From an uncultured Methanosarcinaceae archaeon (lineage in GTDB: Archaea; Halobacteriota; Methanosarcinia; Methanosarcinales; Methanosarcinaceae): a DNA stretch of 64,000 bases. The translations under genes were made by a program, and so were the position numbers. Below are positions 24,308 to 36,476 of this stretch, piece after piece. Each line of letters starts with the position of its first letter. Positions within the stretch are counted from its first letter, which is position 1. The stretch covers positions 64,001 to 128,000 of the forward strand of contig CAVRJG010000053.1 in the NCBI GenBank assembly GCA_963721455.1, in the 5' to 3' direction. The notes beneath the pieces are model-generated. The model was not told the DNA's origin. It made no database searches and saw only the letters and a list, made by a program, of their open reading frames with translations.

Positions 24308-24978
24308 ATTGTCTTCCCCTGTTTGTAATCAATCGATTTCACAAAATTTGTTCAGGATTTGATCTTTATAGAACTTGATATGTACGTTCCAGTTAAAAAA
24401 ATTCCATTACAAATCCTGCTAACAAATTTTCCCCTTAACTATCTTAGCAGAAATCTGTCTCTCAATATATCTCAGTATATCTCGATATTATTCGATCTCA
24501 ATTATTCAGCTGTTTTATCTCTTCAAATACATATTAAATTGCCATATGGCAATTCCAAATGCAGAATATAATTATACGCCGCATATATTTAAAGGTAAAA
24601 GATACAAACGATGGGATATTTTTTGTAGAATATTTATCTGGAATTTATTTATTGGGAGCAGGGGCATATAACAAACCTGCCGGAAGCGTATTCAATTTGA
24701 CGTTGATTTTCGGTTTTCTCACCAAAAAACAAGGAATTTTGTGAAAAGGCAGAACTCAATTGAATTAATATAAAACAGCAAGAATATATCTAAATTGAAC
24801 GATATAATTAATACCAGTTCAAAAATGTATTGAAATTAATATGTACATTTATTCACCTCATTTTCGCAATTTCCGGGCGAAATATTATCGGATTCTGGAT
24901 TTGATTAACTCTTCTGGATCGAAACTGAAAATTAAATTTAATTGACAGCCGGTTATCAGAATCAAGAGTAAATAGGAG

Positions 24979-25422
24979 ATGATGAAAGTGACAGTGGAGG
25001 AAAACCTGCGGCTGATGATAACACTGGATGATGCATGGAATTCACAGGACTGGGATACGTTCAAGAAACGTCATGCTGAAGAGGTTGCTGTGTACTGGCC
25101 GGGTCAACCGGAGCCGACAAGAGGAAAAAAGGCGCACCATGAAGAAGCTGTACAATTTTTTAAGACTTTTCCGGACAACCATGTCGAGAACAAACCATAT
25201 AAGGTGCTTTTTGGCCAGGGCGACTGGACCTGTTCAGTAGCCACATTCACAGGTACCATGAAAGGGCCTATGATGGGGGCTGATGGAAAAGAAATCCAAC
25301 CAACAAACAAGAAATTTAAAGTGGAATTCTGTACAGTCGCTCACTGGAAAGATGGTGAAATCATCGAAGAGAAACTTTTCTATGACCTTGTGGGACTGAT
25401 GAAGCAGATTGGGCTGATGTGA
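24979..25422 (+). CDS. SnoaL-like ester cyclase (NTF2-like fold)
   Basis: TFPDNHV...GTMKGPM...PTNKKFKVEFCTVAHWKDGEIIEE...LMKQIG. Confidence 0.85.
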   Translation: MMKVTVEENLRLMITLDDAWNSQDWDTFKKRHAEEVAVYWPGQPEPTRGKKAHHEEAVQFFKTFPDNHVENKPYKVLFGQGDWTCSVATFTGTMKGPMMGADGKEIQPTNKKFKVEFCTVAHWKDGEIIEEKLFYDLVGLMKQIGLM

Positions 25423-25627
25423 GAAAATAAATAATAAATAAATCAATAAATAAATAAATAATAAATAAATACATCAATAAATAATCAATTATTCAAATCT
25501 ACTCCGAGCTTTTGATATCTTCTTCATTTTTGATATCTTCTTCATTTTTGATTTCTCCTGTTTTTGGCAGGTCCTTTCAATTAAAGATATATACATTGTT
25601 CTCTCCCTTAATTAAGGGATAAAGCAA

Positions 25628-26680
25628 ATGGTAAACACACTCTCCCACCTGGGAATCGGCCTTTTGATTGCCCTTGCTCTCGGTTTCAAAGGAAAAAAGC
25701 GAAATATTCTGGCATTCCTAGCAATCCTTCCTGACCTGGACTTCATCCCGTACATCCTGTTTGTCCTCGTCAGCGGCAGCGTGAGCCATGAAACCAGAAA
25801 CCAGCTTTTTTACCTGCTTGGCCACAGGGAGTTCATGCACTCCATCCTTTTCATCCTGCTCGTCACGCTTTTTATCTGGCTTAAAACTAAAGACCGCCTG
25901 TTCGCAGCCGCCGGGTTTGCAGCCATTTTCTCCCACGTCTACCTTGATTATGCGACAAGCTGGAAAATGCGCCCACTCTACCCTTTCAGTACAGATGCAT
26001 CCATTATGGGAGCTGTTTACTTTTTCGACCCGCTGGCAAATATTCTTCCCCTGCTGCCCCTCTTTATCGTACTTGTGGCGTACATGAAAAGCCGGGAAAA
26101 ATGGAACGGAAAATTCAACAACTTCTGCGCTTTTGTCACTCAAAACCGGAGCAGATTCTATCCCGCCCTTTTAATTGTGCTCGTGGTCTGGCTTGCAGTT
26201 CTGCCGGTGGCAAAATTATTTCTGGTGAATTATATTTCCGGCGCGGAAGGAGCAAAAATCAGCTATCAGGACACCTACCCCTCCTCTCCCGGAAAGTTTC
26301 TTGCCGCATATCCGTACAACTCCACCCATTACAAGATTATGGAAGTGAGCTACTGGTCAGGGATCGAAAAAAGCGATTATATCAAAAAAGTTAACGTAAC
26401 CGGCAATGTCCCCGATGCCTCCGCCTATGCCGAAAGAGCCGGAAAACTCTACAGCACGGCTGTTCCTCAGGACATCGATTATCCTGCTTACAACGTTTCG
26501 GAAGAAAACGGCTCGGTAACAGTCGTGCTGAGCGATGCAAGAGATCCTTATGTCGAATTCTGGGCTTATTTCAAAACAGTTTACAGGTTCGTTTTTGATA
26601 CGGAGAGCGGGGAGTATGTAGCATATGCAAGCATGCAGGGGGAAAAGGAGAAAAGATTGGAGGAGAACTGGTTTGGATAA
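25628..26680 (+). CDS. Membrane-bound metal-dependent hydrolase (YdjM-like), paralog 2
   Basis: Same motifs and colinear sequence as 22249-23304. Confidence 0.85.
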   Translation: MVNTLSHLGIGLLIALALGFKGKKRNILAFLAILPDLDFIPYILFVLVSGSVSHETRNQLFYLLGHREFMHSILFILLVTLFIWLKTKDRLFAAAGFAAIFSHVYLDYATSWKMRPLYPFSTDASIMGAVYFFDPLANILPLLPLFIVLVAYMKSREKWNGKFNNFCAFVTQNRSRFYPALLIVLVVWLAVLPVAKLFLVNYISGAEGAKISYQDTYPSSPGKFLAAYPYNSTHYKIMEVSYWSGIEKSDYIKKVNVTGNVPDASAYAERAGKLYSTAVPQDIDYPAYNVSEENGSVTVVLSDARDPYVEFWAYFKTVYRFVFDTESGEYVAYASMQGEKEKRLEENWFG

Positions 26681-26702
26681 ATTTTCATCTCAAAATCATT
26701 TT

Positions 26703-29394
26703 TTACTTTTTCAAATCTTTCAATGCCTCAAGATTTCTCTCACAAAAATTAATTATCCTCGGATATTCTATTTCCTTTCCAATAGATAACGCCTGCTCAT
26801 AATACTCAATCGCTTTTTTGGATTCGCCAAGATCACCGTATGCTTTCCCTAAATTTTTAAGGCAATTTCCTTCTCCGCGCCTGTCCCCTATTTCTTGAGC
26901 AATTTTCAGTGCCTGTTCAAAATATTCAATTGCTTTCTTGGCTTCGCTCAGATGACTGTATGCGTTCCCCAGATTTCCAAGCCAATTTCCTTCTCCGCGC
27001 CTGTCCCCAATTTCTTGAGCAATTTTCAGTGCCTGTTCATAATATTCAATTGCTTTTCTTGGCTTCGCCCAGATGACTGTATGCTTCTCCAAGATTCCCA
27101 AGCTATGTCCTTCTCCGAGCCTGTCCCCGATTTCTTGAGCAATTTTCAGTGCCTGTTCATAATATTCAATTGCTTTCTTGGCTTCGCCCAGATGACTGTA
27201 TGCGCTCCCAGATTTCCAAGCCTATTTCCTTCTCCGAGCCTGTCCCCTATTTCTTGGGCAATTTTCAGTGCCTGCTCATAATATTCAATTGCTTTTCTCG
27301 GCTCGCTCAGATGAAAGTATGCGTTCCCCAGATTCCCAAGGTGATGTTCCTTCTGTGAGCCTGTCCCCTATTTCTTGAGCAATTTTCAGTGCCTGTTCGA
27401 AATATTCAATTGCTTTTTCGGGTTCGCTCAGATGAAAGTATGCGTTCCCCATATTTCCAAGCCAAGTTCCTTCTCTGTGCCTGTCCCCGATTTCTTCAGC
27501 AATTTTCAGTGCCTGTTCAAAATATTCAATTGCTTTTCTCAGCTTCGCTCAGATGAAAGTATGTGTCCCCTATATTTCCAAGCCAAGTTCCTTCTCTGCG
27601 TCTGTCCCCTATTTCTTGTAGCAATTTCCAGTGCCTGTTCATAATATTCAATTGCTTTTCTGGGTTCGCCCAGATGAATGTATGCGTTCCCCATATTTCC
27701 AAGGCTAGAGTTCTCCTTCTCTGCAGCCGGTCCCCTATTTCTTGAGCAATTTTCAGTGCCTGTTCAAATATTCAATTGCTTTTCTCTGGTTCGCCTCAGA
27801 TTGAACGGTATGATTCCCCTATATTTCCAAGCCAAGTCCCTTCTCTGCATCTGTCCCCTATTTCTTGTACCAATTTTCAGTGCTTGTTCATAATATTCAA
27901 TTGCTTTTCTGGGTTCGCCCAGATTAAAGTATGCGTTCCCCAGGTTTCCAATAATAAAACCATTATTCTCAACATCTTTCAAAATAATTTTAGTCGAAAA
28001 ATGGTCTTTGGGTAATATTTTTACATAGAGGTCAATAAGTGCTGTATAATTGCCCCAAAGATCAAGGCGTTCATCCAGATTGTTGGCAAATATGATATTA
28101 AAAGCCTCGTCATATTCTTTGGCCATGCAGGCATGGTGATGGGCTTCTATTAAAGACTGAACGTCTTCTTTTTTTGTAGGTTTGGCTGGCAGGGGAAAGG
28201 AAAGGTAGTATTTGCAGGCAAGTTTGTGGCGCTCGGATTCTTCAGATAATCGGGTTGCGGCATACTTGCTTATTAACGATTCTTCCCAGTAATTTTCACC
28301 GTTTTTTTGTAAAAGAGATTTACGAATTAATTTCAATGCAATTTTATTTACCCTCGATTCAGTCCATTTTGGATCATTAGCTATTTTTGTGATTGCTCTT
28401 GCAGGCACTGGCTGCCTGAAAACGGATACATATTGAAGAAGCTTACATTCATCATCGGAGAGCCTGTCGTTGTAGACTTTACCAAGAATATTTTCTGCTA
28501 CTTCCCCTTCTTCTCCAATCCAGATTGAATCATCGTTTAGGAGAGCTGAAAGAGTATCTTCTCCAGACCTTACAAGTTGAGCTAGAAGGAGGAGGGCAAG
28601 AGGATGACCACCAGACTTATCTACAGCTCTTTTTAAGCATTCACCCGAGTCATTTAAACCCTCTCTCCTTAATAACAGAATTCCAGATGATGTGTCAAGT
28701 CCCTTAATTTGGTAAAAAAATGGTCTGATTCCTCTCTCACTTGAGATAGATTCCCAGCTGGTAAACAGAATTTTACTTCTGATACTGTTTTCATTTGCTT
28801 TTTCTATTAGTTCAGAAAAGCCGATTTTTGACTCTAAAGGTTTGTTTGTTTTAGGATTAAGGAGAATTTCAAAATTATCGAGAACTAAAAGATATGGAAA
28901 TTTGTTTAATTCGTGAAACATAAGGTTTATTTGATCTGCAATTTTGTAGCTTTCGAGGTCTTTAATCGGTTTGCCAATAACAGTAAAAAAACTATCTATA
29001 ATTTCACTAATATCCGTTGCTTCTTCAACTTTACGCCAGTATATTCCAGTAAATTTTCCAATTTCTTATACTTCTGTCAACGTACATACTTGCCAGAGTA
29101 GATTTGCCTTTTCCGCAAAAACCAGTGATGACAAGAGCGCTCCTGTTTTTTAAATAAGTTTTCTATGTATTCAAGCTCTTCTTCTCTTCCAAATATTCTA
29201 TTAGGATCGGTAGCAGGTTTGGCACCCTGTGTATAAATCCATGAATGTTCATTTTTAGTTGAGCCTTCAGGTGATATCATGACAGTTTTAATCTGTGTTA
29301 TGTTTTCACCGATAGCGCTTTGACCGGAGATATTTCCCTGTGTAAAATTTCCACGCACGGTTATTATTGGAACAGAAGGATCATCTGCTTTCAT
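26703..29394 (-). pseudogene. NLR-like STAND (NB-ARC-type) ATPase with C-terminal TPR array; multiply frameshifted as given
   Basis: IFGREEELE; Walker A restored across a shift in an A-run (SALVITGFCGKGKSTLA, about 29090-29140); Walker B YLLVLDNFE; FTSWE sensor; GGHPLALLL (GxP); about 10 TPR units GNLGNAY..LGE..KAIEYYEQALKIAQEIGDR. Confidence 0.85.
26780..27950 (-). repeat. Tandem ~120-bp (40-aa) TPR-encoding repeats, about 10 copies
   Basis: CAATTTTCAGTGCCTG core (or 1-nt variants) recurs near 26900, 27020, 27140, 27259, 27380, 27500, 27622, 27747, 27871. Confidence 0.92.
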
Positions 29395-29438
29395 GTGAAA
29401 AAACCTCTAATCAAGCGAATCTTCTAATAAAGCCGTAA

Positions 29439-29849
29439 TCAGAGCGCTATACCGAGTAAACCAGCTACTATCTTGACCGAACCACATATTTCGGATATGT
29501 TTTTCACGGTTTTTCCGGCATCTTTAAGAGTTTCAATAACACTTTCGACTCTTGTCTTGATCTTTTGCAATTTTGGCTCTTCTTTTCCGGTTTCTATGAG
29601 GGCGGCATTTACATCGCCTTTGATGGTCTCTTTATCTTCGGAAGAAAGATCTATTTTGACTAGTTCTTCCTGAAAATCAAGGAGGCTTTTCTTGAGTTTT
29701 TCAATGTCAACAGTGGATGAAGATTGGATTTGGGATATATTTTTTCCAATTGCAAACTGCCCGCTGACATCACCTATGTGTACATCTCCACCGGCATTTA
29801 TTCCGTAGCCTTTATCCTCCATGTTCTTAGAATCATTTTCTTCGGACAT
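29439..29849 (-). CDS. Small protein: N-terminal Gly/Asn/Gln-rich motif plus helical C-terminal domain; putative partner (effector) of the downstream NLR-like gene
   Basis: GAGAGG RBS; 44 bp upstream of the STAND gene on the same strand; shares SGQxAIGxNI[ST]QI with the STAND N-terminus; hydrophobic end VKIVAGLLGIAL. Confidence 0.8.
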   Translation of the reverse strand: MSEENDSKNMEDKGYGINAGGDVHIGDVSGQFAIGKNISQIQSSSTVDIEKLKKSLLDFQEELVKIDLSSEDKETIKGDVNAALIETGKEEPKLQKIKTRVESVIETLKDAGKTVKNISEICGSVKIVAGLLGIAL

Positions 29850-30792
29850 TCAAAACCTCTCTCAAATTTGAATTATGTCTGCCATCACAAGTTGTGATAT
29901 TTTTTATGGACCATTATATTAAATAGTGTAGAAATAAGAACGTCCTTGATATAGAGATTTCGAATTAGTTTCAAAGTAGACGTAATAGTACCTGACCCTC
30001 GATTTTTATCGTAGTTTCATAATTATAATCTCCAAAAAACTCAGAATCATTTCGGAAATTACGGACTCTCCGCCTGCTTCGCAGGCGTATGGTTGCCCTG
30101 TTTTCAAAAAGTATCAAACAATTAAAAACTGGCTCCGTACTCCAAAATTTTAGAAAACTATACCTACCGGTACTCGATCTTTCAAAAATCTATTCAAAAA
30201 AGCGACCCCGAAAAATAAGTTTACCGCCCGGCTCCCCTCCGGACTGAAAGCCCGCCGCCGGAAATTAATCTCCAGAAACGCTTATTCAGGCAATTGATAC
30301 GAAAGAAATATCGTCTCATTTGATATAGCCACCTGGTAAATCTTAACAGATTTTTATTTGCTAAAATATATTCTATTTGTTGTATACTATTTAAAATCAT
30401 GTCAAAAGATTATGATTACGGATAATATATTCTATGTGGTTTATATACTCTGGAATGGTATAACTTATATACTCATTGGCTTTTGAGATTTGAAAATATT
30501 CGTCTCAAAATGAAAATGAGGGCACTCAAACAGGAAAACCGGGTCGTAGGGGTAGATTAACTGGAAATCGTGAGCATAAAAATTGCTCTTAAATTTTACA
30601 AAATAAGGTAGACGTGCCAGTTTTGTGAGATTTGATCAATGACTCATCCCCAAAAATCGGCTCTTAAAATGAATTGCTTCCAGGTTCCCCTCCGGACCGG
30701 AAGCCCGCCGCCTGAAGCTGACTCCTAAAAAAATTTATTCCGGCGGCGGTGTTTGAGTGAAGGATTCTTTTTTCTTCACCCGTGTCTGTTAT

Positions 30793-33606
30793 TCAGTTTT
30801 CTGCTTCTTCTGCTTCTTCTGTTTCTTCTGCTTCTTCTGTTTCTTCTGCTTCTTCTGCTTCGCCCGTATCTTCAAATTCTTCAAGCTCTTCTACTTCTTT
30901 GGCTTCGTCCTCTGAGATCTCCAGTTCTTCTGATTTTTCTGCTTCTCTGGCTTTAAGGGCGGTCAGTTTCAGCTGCTCTTCGACTGTTCCGCTTTTGATC
31001 CTGGCAACGCCTACAACCTTGTCGCCGGGTTTGATGTTCATCACTCTTACGCCCTGGGTGTTTCTGCCCTGGACTGAGATGTCTTTTGCCGGGAGGCGGA
31101 TGATGATGCCTTCGGAGCTGGTAATCATCAGCTCGTCATCTTCGGCTACGGATTTGACGTTGGAAACAAAGCCGTTCCTGATATTGGTGATAATAGTTAT
31201 CACGCCTCTTCCGCCGCGGCGGTGAGGTGGGTACTGGCCGTATTTGGTACGCTTACCAAAGCCGTTTACCGTCACCGTCAGGAGGGTTGTGGTCTCGTCA
31301 ACAAGATCCACGCTGACAACCTCGTCTTCAGGGCCGTCAAGGGTCATGCCGCGGACTCCTCTTGCAGTTCTGCCCATCGGGCGGACGTTTCCTTCGGAAA
31401 AGCGGATAGCTTTGCCTTTCTTTGAAACCATCAGCACTTCCTTCTTGCCGTCGGTCAGGAGGACTTTTACCAGCTCGTCGCCTTCGTCAAGACTGACTGC
31501 AATTATGCCTGCTTTCCTGGGGTTCCTGAACTCGGAGAGAGGGGTCTTCTTAATCGTGCCTGCCCTTGTTGCCATAAGCAGGTAGCGGTCTTCGGCAAAC
31601 TTCTTTACAGGGATCATTGCATTGACCATTTCGCCTTCCTGAAGCTCCAGGAGGTTTACTATGGCTTTCCCTCTGGACTGGCGGGAGCCTTCAGGGACTT
31701 CATAGACCTTCTGCCAGTAGAGCCTGCCAAGGTTCGTGAAGAAAAGGATATAGTTGTGGGTTGAAGAAATGAACAGGTTCTCCACAAAATCTTCTTCCTT
31801 CATCTCCATGCCGATTATGCCCCTGCCTCCACGCCGCTGCATAGTGTAAGTGTCAAGCGGGAGGCGCTTTATGTAGCCTCCGTTTGTAATCGTGACAATA
31901 ACATCTTCTTCAGGAATCAGGTCTTCGTCCGTAACCTCGGCAGCATCATGCACGATTTTTGTCCTGCGGGCGTCTCCGTACTTTTCCTTGAGCTCCAGAA
32001 GCTCGTTCCTGATTATTTCGTGCTTGAGCTCTTCGCTTTCAATGATTTTGCTGAGTTGGGCGATCAGCTTTACGAGGCCTTCAAGTTCCTCAAGAATCTT
32101 CTGCGTCTCAAGCCCTGTCAGGCGCTGCAGGCGCATTTCCAGGATAGCTCTGGACTGGATTTCGTCAAGAGCGAAATTGTCCATCAGGCCCCGCTTTGCT
32201 TCATCAGCGTTTGCAGAACCTTTGATCAGGGCAACGACTTCGTCGATATTATCCAGGGCAATCCTCAGCCCTTCCAGAATATGGGCTCTTTCCCTGCTCT
32301 TCCTGAGGTCATAGAGCGTCCGCTTCTGGACAATTTCCATCCTGTAGTCCAGGTAGATTTCAAGGAGACGCTTCAGGTTCAGTTCTTTTGGCTTTCCGTC
32401 CACAAGGGCAAGGTTGATGACCCCGAAACTGGTCTCCATTTGCGTGTGCTTGTAGAGCTGGTTCAAGATAACCTTCGGATTTGTGCCCCGTGAAAGCTCG
32501 ACAACAACCCTGATCCCATCCCTGTCTGACTCGTCCCGTAAATCGGAAATCCCGACTATTATCTTATCCCTGACAAGCTGGGCAATATTCTCGATCATCC
32601 GGGCCTTATTCACCTGGTAAGGGAGCTCTGTTACGATAATCTGCTGCCTGTCTTTCTTTAATTCCTGGATCTCGGCAACCGCCCGAATCTTTATGGGGCC
32701 TCTTCCGGTTGTGTACGCAGACTTTATACCCGTTGTGCCAAGGATATGGGCGCCTGTAGGGAAGTCCGGCCCCTTGATTACAGTCATAAGTTCCGGAATT
32801 GTCGTTTCCGGATTCTCGATAAGCATGAGGGTACCGTCAATTACCTCGCTTATGTTGTGGGGTGCCATGTTTGTTGCCATCCCCACTGCAATGCCTGTAG
32901 ACCCATTAACAAGAAGGTTAGGAAGTTTTGCGGGGAGAACTTCGGGCTCTTCCATGGATCCGTCATAGTTGGGTCTGAAAGGCACCGTCTCCTTATCGAT
33001 ATCTGCCAGCATCTCCTCTGCGATTTTATCCATACGGACTTCAGTATAACGCATGGCTGCAGCCCCGTCCCCATCAATGGACCCGAAGTTCCCCTGCCCG
33101 TCGATTAGAGGGTAGCGCAGCGAGAAATCCTGTACCATCCGCACGATACTGTCATAAACGGCAGTGTCTCCGTGGGGGTGGTATTTACCAAGCACGTCAC
33201 CCACCACACGGGCGGACTTCTTAGAAGGCTTATCATGAGTAATCCCGGCTTCTTTCATTGCAAAAAGGATTCTGCGGTGGACTGGTTTTAAGCCGTCCCT
33301 GGCATCGGGAAGTGCCCTTCCTACAATTACGCTCATTGCATAGTTGATGTAAGAACGTTTCATCTCATCTTCGATGAGGATAGCAGTAACTCCTGTCCTT
33401 TCGGGTTCTGGTTCTTCGTCCTCAGGCTCGCCTGAAGCAGTATCGGATACAGTTATTTCTAATTTATGTTCCGGCTCTTCGTGTTCAAAGGCGGCTGAAC
33501 CTTCTCCATTTTCCGGCTCTTCATCTTTCTCTTCCGGGATAAGGGTAGCCTGATGAGTTTTTTTCATTTCAGCTTCTGATTTCTTTTCTTCTTCGTATTT
33601 TGCCAT
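30793..33606 (-). CDS. gyrA: DNA gyrase subunit A with long acidic N- and C-terminal extensions
   Basis: [24 protein letters not shown] (catalytic Tyr), GyrA-box QRRGGRG, pinwheel repeats. Confidence 0.97.
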   Translation of the reverse strand: MAKYEEEKKSEAEMKKTHQATLIPEEKDEEPENGEGSAAFEHEEPEHKLEITVSDTASGEPEDEEPEPERTGVTAILIEDEMKRSYINYAMSVIVGRALPDARDGLKPVHRRILFAMKEAGITHDKPSKKSARVVGDVLGKYHPHGDTAVYDSIVRMVQDFSLRYPLIDGQGNFGSIDGDGAAAMRYTEVRMDKIAEEMLADIDKETVPFRPNYDGSMEEPEVLPAKLPNLLVNGSTGIAVGMATNMAPHNISEVIDGTLMLIENPETTIPELMTVIKGPDFPTGAHILGTTGIKSAYTTGRGPIKIRAVAEIQELKKDRQQIIVTELPYQVNKARMIENIAQLVRDKIIVGISDLRDESDRDGIRVVVELSRGTNPKVILNQLYKHTQMETSFGVINLALVDGKPKELNLKRLLEIYLDYRMEIVQKRTLYDLRKSRERAHILEGLRIALDNIDEVVALIKGSANADEAKRGLMDNFALDEIQSRAILEMRLQRLTGLETQKILEELEGLVKLIAQLSKIIESEELKHEIIRNELLELKEKYGDARRTKIVHDAAEVTDEDLIPEEDVIVTITNGGYIKRLPLDTYTMQRRGGRGIIGMEMKEEDFVENLFISSTHNYILFFTNLGRLYWQKVYEVPEGSRQSRGKAIVNLLELQEGEMVNAMIPVKKFAEDRYLLMATRAGTIKKTPLSEFRNPRKAGIIAVSLDEGDELVKVLLTDGKKEVLMVSKKGKAIRFSEGNVRPMGRTARGVRGMTLDGPEDEVVSVDLVDETTTLLTVTVNGFGKRTKYGQYPPHRRGGRGVITIITNIRNGFVSNVKSVAEDDELMITSSEGIIIRLPAKDISVQGRNTQGVRVMNIKPGDKVVGVARIKSGTVEEQLKLTALKAREAEKSEELEISEDEAKEVEELEEFEDTGEAEEAEETEEAEETEEAEEAEN

Positions 33607-33617
33607 TTTTAGCCACC

Positions 33618-35528
<1,911 letters not shown>

Positions 35529-36476
35529 TTATTCTCCATAAAAATCTGATAAATTATCTAGATCGCATAACATTTTAGTTTTTTTTAAAAATTCGTGGAA
35601 AAACTTTTGTCAAAATAGGTCTCAGAAATTATGTTAATTTTTATGACCCTTCAATTATTATTGTATAAATTTTATAATTAATTATTACGTTTCTACCATG
35701 AACCAGATTCAATATGCGCTCATACATTTTAAGCCTTTAGATTCCCTGTAAATTCGGCCAGATTTTTCGGTGTCAATTCTCCTAAAAAATGTATTTTTAT
35801 ATAATCTTTTGCCCAAATATGCGCTTTTCATGCTAATTTTTTAATACGTCTTTGGTTTAAATAAATATTTCCTGTTTCGTGCAGGGAAATTTATCTTTCA
35901 TGAGGAGTCAGGGCAGTACTTGCGGCATTTCAGAAGTCTTCAGAAGTGTTATTTGGAGCAGAATTCCAGTTCCTTTTTCCTCAATATATCAGGCACTTAA
36001 AAGGACTACTCCGACACTTTAAAGGACTACTACCTGTGGCAAAAGCAGCCATTAGAATACATACATTAATGAATTTATTATGTAAGCAGCGAGTCTTCGA
36101 CCGATAAGTGGTTGATTCTTTGAGACTCGATTTTACCGGCGCCGCTCACATTGTACTTTAATTTCTCAAAACCCACAGACTTCAGCCAGCGCAAAGTGCG
36201 GGACAAAACGAACTGAAAGATATCTGAGGTCTCGATGTTAATAACAAAGAACTTACGCTGTTGAACTGAAAAATGAACAGTAAAGACTTCAACTATCTAA
36301 CCCATAATACTTATGAAAAACCTGCTTGTGCTTTATTTTGCTTCTTAAAGAAGTAAGTCATATTTTTATAAAAGGGCAAAAATAAGGGGTAGTGTAGTAA
36401 TTAAAAACTATTAATCTATTCTGCTCATTGAAGATAGGCATATTACCATCAAAGTAGAAGAGCCTGAAGAGGAAAA

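Noticed and set aside
25425-25555. (AAAT)n and 18-bp repeats after the SnoaL-like gene
   Set aside because: Ordinary low-complexity terminator-region slippage
26780-27950. Diversity-generating retroelement target
   Set aside because: No reverse transcriptase or separate template repeat seen; differences between units are not adenine-specific
30753-31225. Ser-rich and Leu-rich plus-strand ORFs
   Set aside because: Antisense shadows of the Glu-rich gyrA tail
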